Shown piece after piece: positions 1 through 9,061 of a stretch of 24,000 nucleotides of DNA; the stretch's first letter is position 1, and each line of letters begins with the position of its first letter. This DNA is from Selenomonadales bacterium (lineage in GTDB: Bacteria; Bacillota; Negativicutes; Sporomusales; UBA7701). Both the position numbers and the translations under genes were made by a program. The stretch lies in the NCBI GenBank assembly GCA_029975165.1, contig JARKPR010000089.1, positions 56,883 to 80,882 on the forward strand, read 5' to 3'. Under the pieces are notes generated by a model. The model saw only the letters and a program-made list of their open reading frames with translations. It was not told the DNA's origin and made no database searches.

Positions 1-213
1 GTGGACGCCGAGAAGATCGAGGCTTTGGGCATCAAGGTGATGAAGGCCAACCTCATCAGTGAGACCATCCTGGTGCGCCACGACCCGGTGAAGCTGTCGC
101 GGGTGATCATGGCGATGGTTTTCCGCCTCAAGGCCAGCTCGGAACGGATGAAGCTGCTGGATTACTACCTGATTTCGGAGCATATCAAGGAGCTAGGCAA
201 CGAGGAAAAGTAA
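1..213 (+). CDS. C-terminal fragment of a YvcK/CofD-like (gluconeogenesis factor family) protein, 5' end outside the window
   Basis: Open frame runs from the window edge to TAA at 211-213. It sits directly upstream of whiA, as in the conserved Firmicutes yvcJ-yvcK-whiA arrangement. The tail LISETILVRHDPVKLSRVIM resembles YvcK C-termini from memory. The first codon GTG is internal, not a start. Confidence 0.55.
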   Translation: MDAEKIEALGIKVMKANLISETILVRHDPVKLSRVIMAMVFRLKASSERMKLLDYYLISEHIKELGNEEK

Positions 214-228
214 GTGGAGTGAGCTGAC

Positions 229-1167
229 GTGTCCTTTTCCGCCGAGGTGAAGAACGAACTGGCCCGGGTCGCGGACGAGCAGGACTGCTGCCTGGTCGCC
301 GAGCTGGCCGCCCTGATGCGGATGGGCGGCACGGCGGTCATCGGCGGCAACAATGCGCTGGGGATAAATTTCACGACCGAGAACGCGGCGGTGGCCCGCA
401 AGGTGCTTACGCTGATAAAGCGCGGTTTCGGCCTGGCGACCGAGGTGGTCGTCACCCGCGCCCGCCGCCTGAAGAAGGCCAACTCATATCAGGTGAAGGT
501 ACCGCCGTCGCCGGCGGTGACGGCGGTGCTGGCCGAGCTCGGCGTGCTGCGCGGCGAGATGATAAGCGCCGGCCGGGACATGGCGCTGGCGCGCAAGGGC
601 TGCTGCCGCCGGGCGTACCTGCGGGGCGCTTTTCTCGGCGGCGGCTCGGTGAGCAGGCCGGAGGGGGAATATCATTTAGAGCTGGTGACCGGCAACCACG
701 ACTTTGCCAGGACGCTGGTGCGGCTGATGAAGTCGTTCCGCCTGCCTGCCCGCCTGACGGAGCGCAAGCAGGATTATGTCGTGTATCTGAAGGACGGCGA
801 CGCGATCACCTCGCTGCTGCGCGTCATCGGCGCCCACAACGCCCTGTTCGCGTTCGAGAACGTGCGGGTCGTGAAGGATATGCGCAACCAGGTCAACCGG
901 CTGGTGAACTGCGAGACCGCCAACCTGCAGAAGACGGTGAACGCGGCGGTGCGGCAGGTGGAGAGCATCAGGCTGATCGCCGCCCGTTCGGGACTGGCCA
1001 AGCTGCCGCCCAGCCTTCAGGCCGCGGCCGAGCTGCGCCTCGCCTACCCGGAGGCCACGCTGCAGGAGCTGGTGGACCTGGCGGACGGGCAGGTGGGCAA
1101 GTCGGGCATGAACCATAGGCTGCGCAAGCTGGAAAGGATAGCCCGCGACCTGGAAGGGAAGGAATAG
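229..1167 (+). CDS. whiA: DNA-binding sporulation/cell-division regulator WhiA
   Basis: 312-aa ORF with a GTG start 9 nt after GGAG (216-219). N-terminus MSFSAEVKNELARV and C-terminal HTH-like segment GKSGMNHRLRKLERIA are typical of WhiA. Codon third positions are G/C rich. Confidence 0.9.
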   Translation: MSFSAEVKNELARVADEQDCCLVAELAALMRMGGTAVIGGNNALGINFTTENAAVARKVLTLIKRGFGLATEVVVTRARRLKKANSYQVKVPPSPAVTAVLAELGVLRGEMISAGRDMALARKGCCRRAYLRGAFLGGGSVSRPEGEYHLELVTGNHDFARTLVRLMKSFRLPARLTERKQDYVVYLKDGDAITSLLRVIGAHNALFAFENVRVVKDMRNQVNRLVNCETANLQKTVNAAVRQVESIRLIAARSGLAKLPPSLQAAAELRLAYPEATLQELVDLADGQVGKSGMNHRLRKLERIARDLEGKE

Positions 1168-1923
1168 ATGAAGCTGCTGGTGAGGGGCGCCGCCGTCGCC
1201 GCCCTCGTTATCCTGGCCGCCGCCTGGGCGGTCTGGCCCGCCGCCGGCGTGCCGATCCTGGTTTACCACAAGGTGGGCGACACCGCGGAGGCTTACAGCG
1301 TGCCGCCGGTCGACTTCGAACGGCAGATGCGCTATCTGGCCGACGAGGGCTACACGGCCGTGACGCTGGCCGCTCTCGTCGACCATATGACGGCCGGGAA
1401 GCCGCTGCCGCCGAAGCCGGTGGTGATAACCCTCGACGACGGCTACGCCGATAATTACACGGCGGCGCTGCCCATCCTGAAAAAGTACGGCCTGCGGGCG
1501 ACGGTGTTCGTGGTGACCGATTTTTTGGACGAGCGGCCTTATCTGACGTGGGACGAGGTCAAGGCGTTACGGGCGGCCGGCATTGAGATCGGCTCGCACA
1601 CGCTGCACCACCGCGACCTCACGACGCTGCCGCCGGACGAACGGGCCCGGGATTTGCAGCTGTCCAAGGAAGGGCTGGAGTGGCGGCTGGACGCACCAGT
1701 GCAGTTCCTCGCCTACCCGTTCGGCAGCTACGACGCCGCGACGGAGGCGGCGCTGAAGAAGGCGGGGTATAGAGCGGCGGTGGGCACGGCCGTCGGCCTG
1801 AACAGGCCGGGGGACGACGTGTACGCCTTAAAACGCATCAACATCCCCCGCAGCCGCTGGGGCCTGGGGGAGTTCCGGCTGCGGCTGCTGCGGGCGAATA
1901 TGTACGCGAGACTGGGGATATAG
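1168..1923 (+). CDS. Membrane-anchored or secreted polysaccharide deacetylase (NodB homology domain)
   Basis: ATG immediately follows the whiA stop. Hydrophobic N-terminus (AAVAALVILAAAWAVWPAAG). NodB-type motifs ITLDDGYADNY and GSHTLHH. Confidence 0.85.
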   Translation: MKLLVRGAAVAALVILAAAWAVWPAAGVPILVYHKVGDTAEAYSVPPVDFERQMRYLADEGYTAVTLAALVDHMTAGKPLPPKPVVITLDDGYADNYTAALPILKKYGLRATVFVVTDFLDERPYLTWDEVKALRAAGIEIGSHTLHHRDLTTLPPDERARDLQLSKEGLEWRLDAPVQFLAYPFGSYDAATEAALKKAGYRAAVGTAVGLNRPGDDVYALKRINIPRSRWGLGEFRLRLLRANMYARLGI

Positions 1924-1983
1924 GGCGGTCCGTCTTGGGCCGTCTTTCTTCGTACCTGCCGAAGAGTATCCATTTCCTGTATG

Positions 1984-2013
1984 TTTACATAATATAACAA
2001 CGTTTGCTATAAT
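1984..2013 (+). promoter_or_regulatory. Candidate sigma-A promoter for the 2047 gene: TTTACA, 18 nt, TATAAT
   Basis: -35 TTTACA at 1984-1989 and consensus -10 TATAAT at 2008-2013, in an AT-richer intergenic stretch about 34 nt upstream of the ATG. Confidence 0.5.
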
Positions 2014-2046
2014 GGTGAGGTATCCAACAAGTTTCGGGAGGTACAT

Positions 2047-3120
2047 ATGACGAAAGGCTATATGATAAGACAGGCCAAAGCCGCGATTGCGGCTGCGGCT
2101 ATGGTTTTGGCCGTCGCCGGCCCGGCCGCGGCCGCCGCCCCGGCGCTCGACGCGCTCAAGCTGCCGGAGTGGGAGGTTACGTCAACTTCCTACGGCGGCA
2201 AGCTGCTGCTGTCCGACAGTCCGGAGATGGTCCACAGCGACGGCATCCTGTACCAGGACACGGTGGCGGGCGACGTGCGCCTGTTCTTCCACCACGTGAA
2301 CGCGACGGCCACGGACAAGCGGCTGGCGGTGCTGGTGGAGAACGCCGGCCCGCAGGCGGCGACGGTGACCGTCCACCAGCACGGCATCGGCGGCCCCGGC
2401 TACGACTGGATGGCGGTGGGCAAGGCGGCCCAGGAGAACTACCTCGCCGGCGGCAACCTGTACACGGTGGAGGTGCCGGCCCGCGGCGCGGCGGCGCTGT
2501 CGCCGGCGCTGCAAAAGGCGGCCGTAAAGCCCAATATGCTGGTGAACGGCATTTTCGACTTCATCGCCGACCGGCCGGTGACGGTCAAGGTGATGATGCT
2601 GCCGCCGGGCGCGGACGAGCGGCGGTTCGCCCTTACGGCGGCCGTGCTGCCGCCGGACGAGCAGCGCCTGCGCGGCACGTTCCACGGCAAGGACCGCATG
2701 CTGGTGCCGGTGAGGATTTATAATCCCCAGACCGACGGGCCGGTGGCGCTGACGCTGGCCGACAACCTGCTCGACCAATACATGGTGGGCGTGGACGCCA
2801 CCGACGGGACGAAGGTGGTCAATTACGGCAATTACGGGGTGGTGTACCGGATGTTCCTGCCGGCCGCCGGCACGGGCAAGACGTCCTACTACCTCAACCC
2901 GCGGGGCGGCGATTATGCCGGCGCTTTAGGGATAAGGTACAAGTACGTGATCGCGCCGCCGGTGCCGACGCCGACGGGCCGGACGGCGTTCGGGCGCGAC
3001 AAGCTGATCGATTTCGCCTATGTGGGGACGTTCGACAGCGCCGAGTCGCTGTGGCTGACGTTCAGCCCGCCGGGGGCGTCTAATTTACCCGTAAAGTTAG
3101 TTATCGTGCCTGAACCGTAA
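2047..3120 (+). CDS. Secreted protein of unknown function (357 aa)
   Basis: GGAGG (2037-2041) lies 5 nt before the ATG. Signal-peptide-like N-terminus (KAAIAAAAMVLAVAGPAAAAAPALD). Coding-type codon bias throughout. I recognise no family motif. Confidence 0.8.
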   Translation: MTKGYMIRQAKAAIAAAAMVLAVAGPAAAAAPALDALKLPEWEVTSTSYGGKLLLSDSPEMVHSDGILYQDTVAGDVRLFFHHVNATATDKRLAVLVENAGPQAATVTVHQHGIGGPGYDWMAVGKAAQENYLAGGNLYTVEVPARGAAALSPALQKAAVKPNMLVNGIFDFIADRPVTVKVMMLPPGADERRFALTAAVLPPDEQRLRGTFHGKDRMLVPVRIYNPQTDGPVALTLADNLLDQYMVGVDATDGTKVVNYGNYGVVYRMFLPAAGTGKTSYYLNPRGGDYAGALGIRYKYVIAPPVPTPTGRTAFGRDKLIDFAYVGTFDSAESLWLTFSPPGASNLPVKLVIVPEP

Positions 3121-3313
3121 TGGTGAGCGGCTGCAGTAAAAGCTCCAGATGCAAGGCGCGCCGGAGGTTGGCGCCACCGTTTCCTCTGCGACAATGTTTA
3201 TATGCGTTGTTTGCACAGTATCGGTGTAACAGCATCGCGCGTACACGGGACGTACGCTGAGGATGGCAACCGAGGAGCAACGCCGCAGATGGGCTTTTAA
3301 TGCAGCCGCCCTG

Positions 3314-3342
3314 TTGTCCGGCTTGCCAATGTGTGGTATCAT
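3314..3342 (+). promoter_or_regulatory. Candidate sigma-A promoter with extended -10 for the SCIFF precursor gene
   Basis: TTGTCC (3314-3319), a 17-nt spacer ending in TGg, then TATCAT (3337-3342), giving a TGnTATCAT extended -10. It lies about 44 nt upstream of the scfA ATG. Confidence 0.55.
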
Positions 3343-3385
3343 AGTCTAAGCGATAGCATACATATCGGCAAGGAGGGAATTTTCG

Positions 3386-3529
3386 ATGGCTAAGCATATC
3401 GTCACCGTGAATAAAGGTTCGCTGCAGAAGACGGTCAAGACGGGCGGCTGCGGGGAATGCCAGGCTTCGTGCCAGTCGGCCTGCAAGACGTCCTGCACCG
3501 TGGGCAATCAGGTCTGCCAGAAGCAGTAA
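3386..3529 (+). CDS. scfA: SCIFF (six cysteines in forty-five residues) ranthipeptide precursor, 47 aa, absent from the supplied ORF track
   Basis: My own translation: MAKHIVTVNKGSLQKTVKTGGCGECQASCQSACKTSCTVGNQVCQKQ. GGAGG (3372-3376) lies 9 nt before the ATG. The core GGCGECQxSCQSACKTSCTVxNQ is the hallmark of the SCIFF family. A radical-SAM/SPASM gene follows directly. Confidence 0.9.
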   Translation: MAKHIVTVNKGSLQKTVKTGGCGECQASCQSACKTSCTVGNQVCQKQ

Positions 3530-3536
3530 CAGCGGC

Positions 3537-3567
3537 GCCCTCGCCTAAGAGCGGGGGCCTTTTACTT
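3537..3567 (+). terminator. Hairpin plus short U-tract between precursor and maturase (candidate partial terminator or attenuator)
   Basis: GCCCTCGC (3537-3544) pairs with GCGGGGGC (3551-3558): 8 bp including one G-U pair, with loop CTAAGA. CTTTTACTT follows. Confidence 0.4.
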
Positions 3568-3577
3568 GGAGGAAATA

Positions 3578-4936
3578 ATGGACATACATAGGTTTGAACA
3601 GAACGGCATGCACATCGTCCTCGACGTCAACAGCGGGGCGGTGCATGTCGTCGATAAGCCGGCATACGAGGCGCTGGCGGTGTGGGACGGCCAAAACGAC
3701 GCCGCGGTGCTGGCGGCGCTCGGCGGGGCTTACGGCGAGGCGGCGGCGGCCGAGGTGCTGGCCGAGCTGCGCGCGCTTATGGACCAGGGGCTGTTGTTCT
3801 CGCCGCCGCCGGCGGTGCCGGCGGCTCTGGGCGACGCGCCGCTGGTCAAGTCGCTGTGCCTGCATGTCGCCCACGACTGCAACCTGCGCTGCGGCTACTG
3901 CTTCGCCGGCACGGGCGATTTCGGCCACGACCGCGGCCTGATGCCGCCGGAGGTCGCCGAGCGGGCGGTGGACTTCATCATCGCCGGCAGCGGCCGCAGG
4001 AAGCATTGCGAGCTCGATTTCTTCGGCGGCGAACCGCTGCTGAACATGGAAACGGTCCGCCGCGCGGTGGCGCATGTGCGGCGGCGGGAGGCCGAGACCG
4101 GCAAGGTGTTCAAGCTGACGCTGACGACCAACGCCGTGCTGCTGGACGAGGCGACGCTCGCTTACCTCAATGCCGAGAATATCAGCCTGGTGCTGAGCCT
4201 CGACGGGCGGCGGGAGGTGCACGACAACATGCGGCCGTACGCCGACGGCAGCGGCAGCTGGCAGGACGCGCTGGCGGGCATCCGCCGGGCGGTGGCTTCG
4301 CGCGGCGGGCAGAACTACTACCTGCGCGGCACGTATACCGCCCACAACCTCGATTTCGCCGCCGATGTGCTGGCCATGGCCGACCTCGGCTTCGCGGCGC
4401 TGTCGGTCGAGCCGGTGATCGCCAAGGACGGCGGTTACGCCCTGCGGCCCGAGCATCTGCCGGCTTTAGCTGCCGGGTACGATGCCCTGGCGGCCGAATA
4501 TCTGGCCCGCCGCCGGGCCGGCCGGCCGTTCGAGTTCTTCCACTTCAACCTCAATCTCGACAACGGGCCGTGCGTGGCCAAGCGGCTAGCCGGCTGCGGC
4601 GCCGGCCACGAGTATTTCGCCGTCACCCCGGCGGGCGACCTGTACCCCTGCCACCAGTTCGTCGGCCGCGACGAGTATCTTGTCGGCAATATTTTCGACG
4701 GCATAAATAAACCCGCTATGGTCCAGAGGTTCCGCCGGGCCCACGCGCTGGCCAAGCCGGCCTGCCGCGGCTGCTGGGCCCGCTTCTACTGCAGCGGCGG
4801 CTGCCACGCCAACGCCCAGTTGTTCGGCGGCGACCTGGCCGTGCCGTACGAGCTGGGCTGCGAGCTGCAGAAGAAGCGGCTGGAGTGCGCGCTGATGATC
4901 CAGGCCAGCCTGGCGCTGGAGAAGGGCGGCTGCTAG
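3578..4936 (+). CDS. scfB: Radical SAM/SPASM-domain SCIFF maturase (thioether-forming, CteB-like)
   Basis: CX3CX2C motif (HDCNLRCGYCFAG). C-terminal SPASM cysteines (GCGAGHEYFAVTPAGDLYPC ... CRGCWARFYCSGGCHANA). GGAGG (3568-3572) lies 5 nt before ATG 3578. The track start TTG 3566 overlaps that SD, so 3578 is preferred. Confidence 0.9.
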   Translation: MDIHRFEQNGMHIVLDVNSGAVHVVDKPAYEALAVWDGQNDAAVLAALGGAYGEAAAAEVLAELRALMDQGLLFSPPPAVPAALGDAPLVKSLCLHVAHDCNLRCGYCFAGTGDFGHDRGLMPPEVAERAVDFIIAGSGRRKHCELDFFGGEPLLNMETVRRAVAHVRRREAETGKVFKLTLTTNAVLLDEATLAYLNAENISLVLSLDGRREVHDNMRPYADGSGSWQDALAGIRRAVASRGGQNYYLRGTYTAHNLDFAADVLAMADLGFAALSVEPVIAKDGGYALRPEHLPALAAGYDALAAEYLARRRAGRPFEFFHFNLNLDNGPCVAKRLAGCGAGHEYFAVTPAGDLYPCHQFVGRDEYLVGNIFDGINKPAMVQRFRRAHALAKPACRGCWARFYCSGGCHANAQLFGGDLAVPYELGCELQKKRLECALMIQASLALEKGGC

Positions 4937-4937
4937 T

Positions 4938-6494
<1,557 letters not shown>

Positions 6495-6553
6495 AAGGGC
6501 AGCCGTCGGCGTCTTCGCCCGCCAGGGGCGCGCCGTGCCCAGCGCTTCCCGGG

Positions 6554-6582
6554 TTGCGAAAAATCTGAATACATGGTAATCT
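6554..6582 (+). promoter_or_regulatory. Candidate promoter placing the transcription start at or next to the hypF ATG
   Basis: TTGCGA (6554-6559), a 17-nt spacer ending in TGg, then TAATCT (6577-6582). The hypF ATG at 6589 is 7 nt downstream of the -10. No SD-like purine run precedes it. Confidence 0.35.
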
Positions 6583-6588
6583 CGGATT

Positions 6589-8838
6589 ATGGAACGTTTG
6601 CGGATCGAGATCACCGGCATAGTACAGGGGGTGGGGTTCCGCCCCTTTGTTCATAATCTGGCCGGCCGCCATAGTATCGGCGGCTGGGTGGCCAACGACG
6701 GTCGCGGGGTGGTCATCGAGGCCGAGGGGGAGCAGGCGGCGCTGGCCGCTTTTTTGGCCGCCCTGCGGGCCGAGGCGCCGCCGCTGGCGGTCGTGGGCGC
6801 GGTGACGGCAAGGCCGCTGCCGCCGGCGGGGGAACGGGGCTTCGCCATCAGGACGAGCGCCGCGGCCGACGCCCGGACGGCGCTGATCTCGCCCGACGTG
6901 GCGACCTGCCCGGACTGCCGGGCGGAGATCGCCGACCCGCTCGACCGGCGCTACGGCTACCCGTTCACCAACTGCACGAACTGCGGGCCGCGCTACACGA
7001 TCGTAAACGATGTGCCCTACGACCGCGAGCGCACGACCATGGCCGCGTTCACGATGTGCCCCGCCTGCCGGGCCGAGTACGACGACCCGGCGAACCGGCG
7101 GTTCCACGCCCAGCCGAACGCCTGCCCGGCGTGCGGCCCGGCGTACCGCCTGCTGGACAGGGACGGACGGCCGCTGGCCGGCGACCCGCTGGCGGAGGCC
7201 CGCCGGCTGGTGGCCGCCGGGAGCGTGGCGGCTATCAAGGGCCTCGGCGGCTTCCACCTGGCGTGTAACGCGTTAGACGCGGCGGCGGTGGCGGCGCTCA
7301 GGGCCCGCAAGGTCCGCGAGGACAAGCCGTTCGCCGTCATGGCCGGCAGCCTGGCGGCGGCGAAGGCGCGCTGCCTGGTGGACAAGGCCGAGGAGGAGCT
7401 GCTGGCCGGGCCGGCGCGGCCGATCGTGCTGCTTACCAAGGGGCCGGGCTACGACCTGGCGGCGGCGGTCGCCCCCGGCAACCCCTGCGTGGGGATGATG
7501 CTGCCGTACGCCCCTGTCCATTGGCTGCTGCTGGCGCCGGACGACGTGTGGGTGATGACGAGCGGCAATACGAGCGACGAGCCGATCGCCTACGAGGACG
7601 GCGACGCCCTTGCCCGGCTGGCCGGCATCGCCGACTTTTTCCTCGTCCACAACCGGCCGATCAACTGCCGGGCCGACGATTCGGTGGCCCGCGTCTTCGG
7701 CGGGAAGCCGTACCTGCTGCGCCGCAGCCGCGGGTTCGCGCCCGCGCCGCTGCGGCTGAAGCGCCCCGGGCCGGCCGTGCTGGCCTGCGGCGGCGAGCTG
7801 AAGAGCGCCTTCTGCCTGACCAGGGACGACCAGGCGTTCATGAGCGCCCATGTGGGCGACTTGGAGAATATGGCCACATACGGCGCCTATACGGCGGCGA
7901 TCGAGCACTATGAGAAACTGTTCGCCGTGCGGCCGGAGCTGGTGGCCCACGACCTTCACCCCGAGTACCTGGCGACGAAGTACGCTATGGACTGCGGCCT
8001 GCCGCGCATCGGCGTCCAGCACCACCACGCCCACATCGCCGCGGTGCTGGCCGAGCACGGCGCGGACGGCCCGGTGATTGGCGCGGCCTTCGACGGCACG
8101 GGCTACGGCGACGATGGCCGCCTGTGGGGCGGGGAGTTCCTGCTCGCCGACCTCAAGGGCTACACCCGCCTGGCCCATCTGGAGTATATGCCCCTGCCCG
8201 GCGGCGCGGCGGCGATCAGGGAGCCGTGGCGGCTGGCGGCCTGGGTGCTGCACGACTTGTACGGGGCGGATTTTGTCAATAAGGATATCCCCTTCGTCCG
8301 CAGCCTGCCCGCCGGCTGGGAGCTGCTGCTGGCCGCGGCCGCCAAGGGGCTGAACGCCCCGCTGGCGTCGGGGGCCGGCCGGCTGTTCGACGCCTGCGCC
8401 GCCCTGCTGGGGGTGCGGGGGAAGATAAACTACGAGGGGCAGGCGGCCGTGGAGCTGGAGCTGGCCGCCGCCGGCCGCAAGGGCCGGGTGCTGCCGTATG
8501 CGATAACGGCCGGCGAGCCGGCGCGGTTGGATTTCCGCCCCGCCTTCGCGGCCATGGTCGCCGCCCTGGAACAGGGGGCGGCCCCGGCCGAACTTGCGGC
8601 CGACTTCCACGCCACCCTGGCCGACGCGGTCGCGGCGACGGTGCGCCGCCTGGCGGCCGCGAGCGGCGTGCGCACGGTGGCGTTGAGCGGCGGGGTTTTC
8701 CAGAACGTTACCCTGCTGGGCGCGGTTGTTGCCCGGCTGGAACAAGACTTCACCGTGCTGCTCCATCGCAGCGTGCCGCCGAACGACGGCGGCCTGGCGC
8801 TGGGGCAGGCGGCGGTGGCCATCGAAAGGAGCAGATGA
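6589..8838 (+). CDS. hypF: [NiFe]-hydrogenase maturation carbamoyltransferase HypF
   Basis: 749 aa. Acylphosphatase-like N-terminus (GIVQGVGFRPFVHNLA). Two zinc-finger pairs (CPDCRAE...CTNCGPRY and CPACRAEY...CPACGP). YrdC-like and Kae1-like C-terminal regions. Confidence 0.95.
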   Translation: MERLRIEITGIVQGVGFRPFVHNLAGRHSIGGWVANDGRGVVIEAEGEQAALAAFLAALRAEAPPLAVVGAVTARPLPPAGERGFAIRTSAAADARTALISPDVATCPDCRAEIADPLDRRYGYPFTNCTNCGPRYTIVNDVPYDRERTTMAAFTMCPACRAEYDDPANRRFHAQPNACPACGPAYRLLDRDGRPLAGDPLAEARRLVAAGSVAAIKGLGGFHLACNALDAAAVAALRARKVREDKPFAVMAGSLAAAKARCLVDKAEEELLAGPARPIVLLTKGPGYDLAAAVAPGNPCVGMMLPYAPVHWLLLAPDDVWVMTSGNTSDEPIAYEDGDALARLAGIADFFLVHNRPINCRADDSVARVFGGKPYLLRRSRGFAPAPLRLKRPGPAVLACGGELKSAFCLTRDDQAFMSAHVGDLENMATYGAYTAAIEHYEKLFAVRPELVAHDLHPEYLATKYAMDCGLPRIGVQHHHAHIAAVLAEHGADGPVIGAAFDGTGYGDDGRLWGGEFLLADLKGYTRLAHLEYMPLPGGAAAIREPWRLAAWVLHDLYGADFVNKDIPFVRSLPAGWELLLAAAAKGLNAPLASGAGRLFDACAALLGVRGKINYEGQAAVELELAAAGRKGRVLPYAITAGEPARLDFRPAFAAMVAALEQGAAPAELAADFHATLADAVAATVRRLAAASGVRTVALSGGVFQNVTLLGAVVARLEQDFTVLLHRSVPPNDGGLALGQAAVAIERSR

Positions 8839-8839
8839 T

Positions 8840-9061
8840 ATGTGCCTGGCCGTGCCGGCGAAGATTATCGACAGACAGGATATGATGGCGACCGTGGAGG
8901 TCAGCGGCGTGACCCGCCGGGTGAGCATGATGCTGCTGCCGGACGCGAAGGTGGGCGACTACGTCCTCGTGCACGCCGGCTTCGCCATCCAGACGGTGGA
9001 CGAGGAGGAAGCCCGGCGGACGCTGGAGCTGCTTGAGGAGTTGGCCGGACATGAGGAGTAA
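8840..9061 (+). CDS. hypC: Hydrogenase maturation chaperone HypC
   Basis: 73 aa beginning MCLAVPAKI, with the conserved Cys2. ATG lies 1 nt after the hypF TGA. The track ORF start at 8726 is an upstream extension inside hypF. Confidence 0.9.
   Translation: MCLAVPAKIIDRQDMMATVEVSGVTRRVSMMLLPDAKVGDYVLVHAGFAIQTVDEEEARRTLELLEELAGHEE

Noticed and set aside
3264-3279. Weak sigma-54-like element TGGCAA-N5-GAGCA about 110 nt upstream of scfA
   Set aside because: The -12 element lacks the conserved T of TGC (AGC instead). A good sigma-A extended -10 promoter lies closer to the gene.
3097-3397. Minus-strand ORFs of 81 and 98 aa in the spacer upstream of scfA
   Set aside because: Both overlap the scfA promoter and SD and the end of the 2047 gene. 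They have no SD, Cys/Arg/His-rich odd composition, and lack the G/C third-position bias of real genes here.
7273-8928. 551-aa minus-strand ORF inside hypF, and similar long antisense ORFs at 8901-9977, 9883-10881, 11211-12455, 13614-15173, 14827-16236, 16040-18235 and 22699-23988
   Set aside because: All lie opposite genes with unambiguous family motifs and show Arg/Pro/Gly/Ala-rich nonsense composition. None has an SD or promoter.
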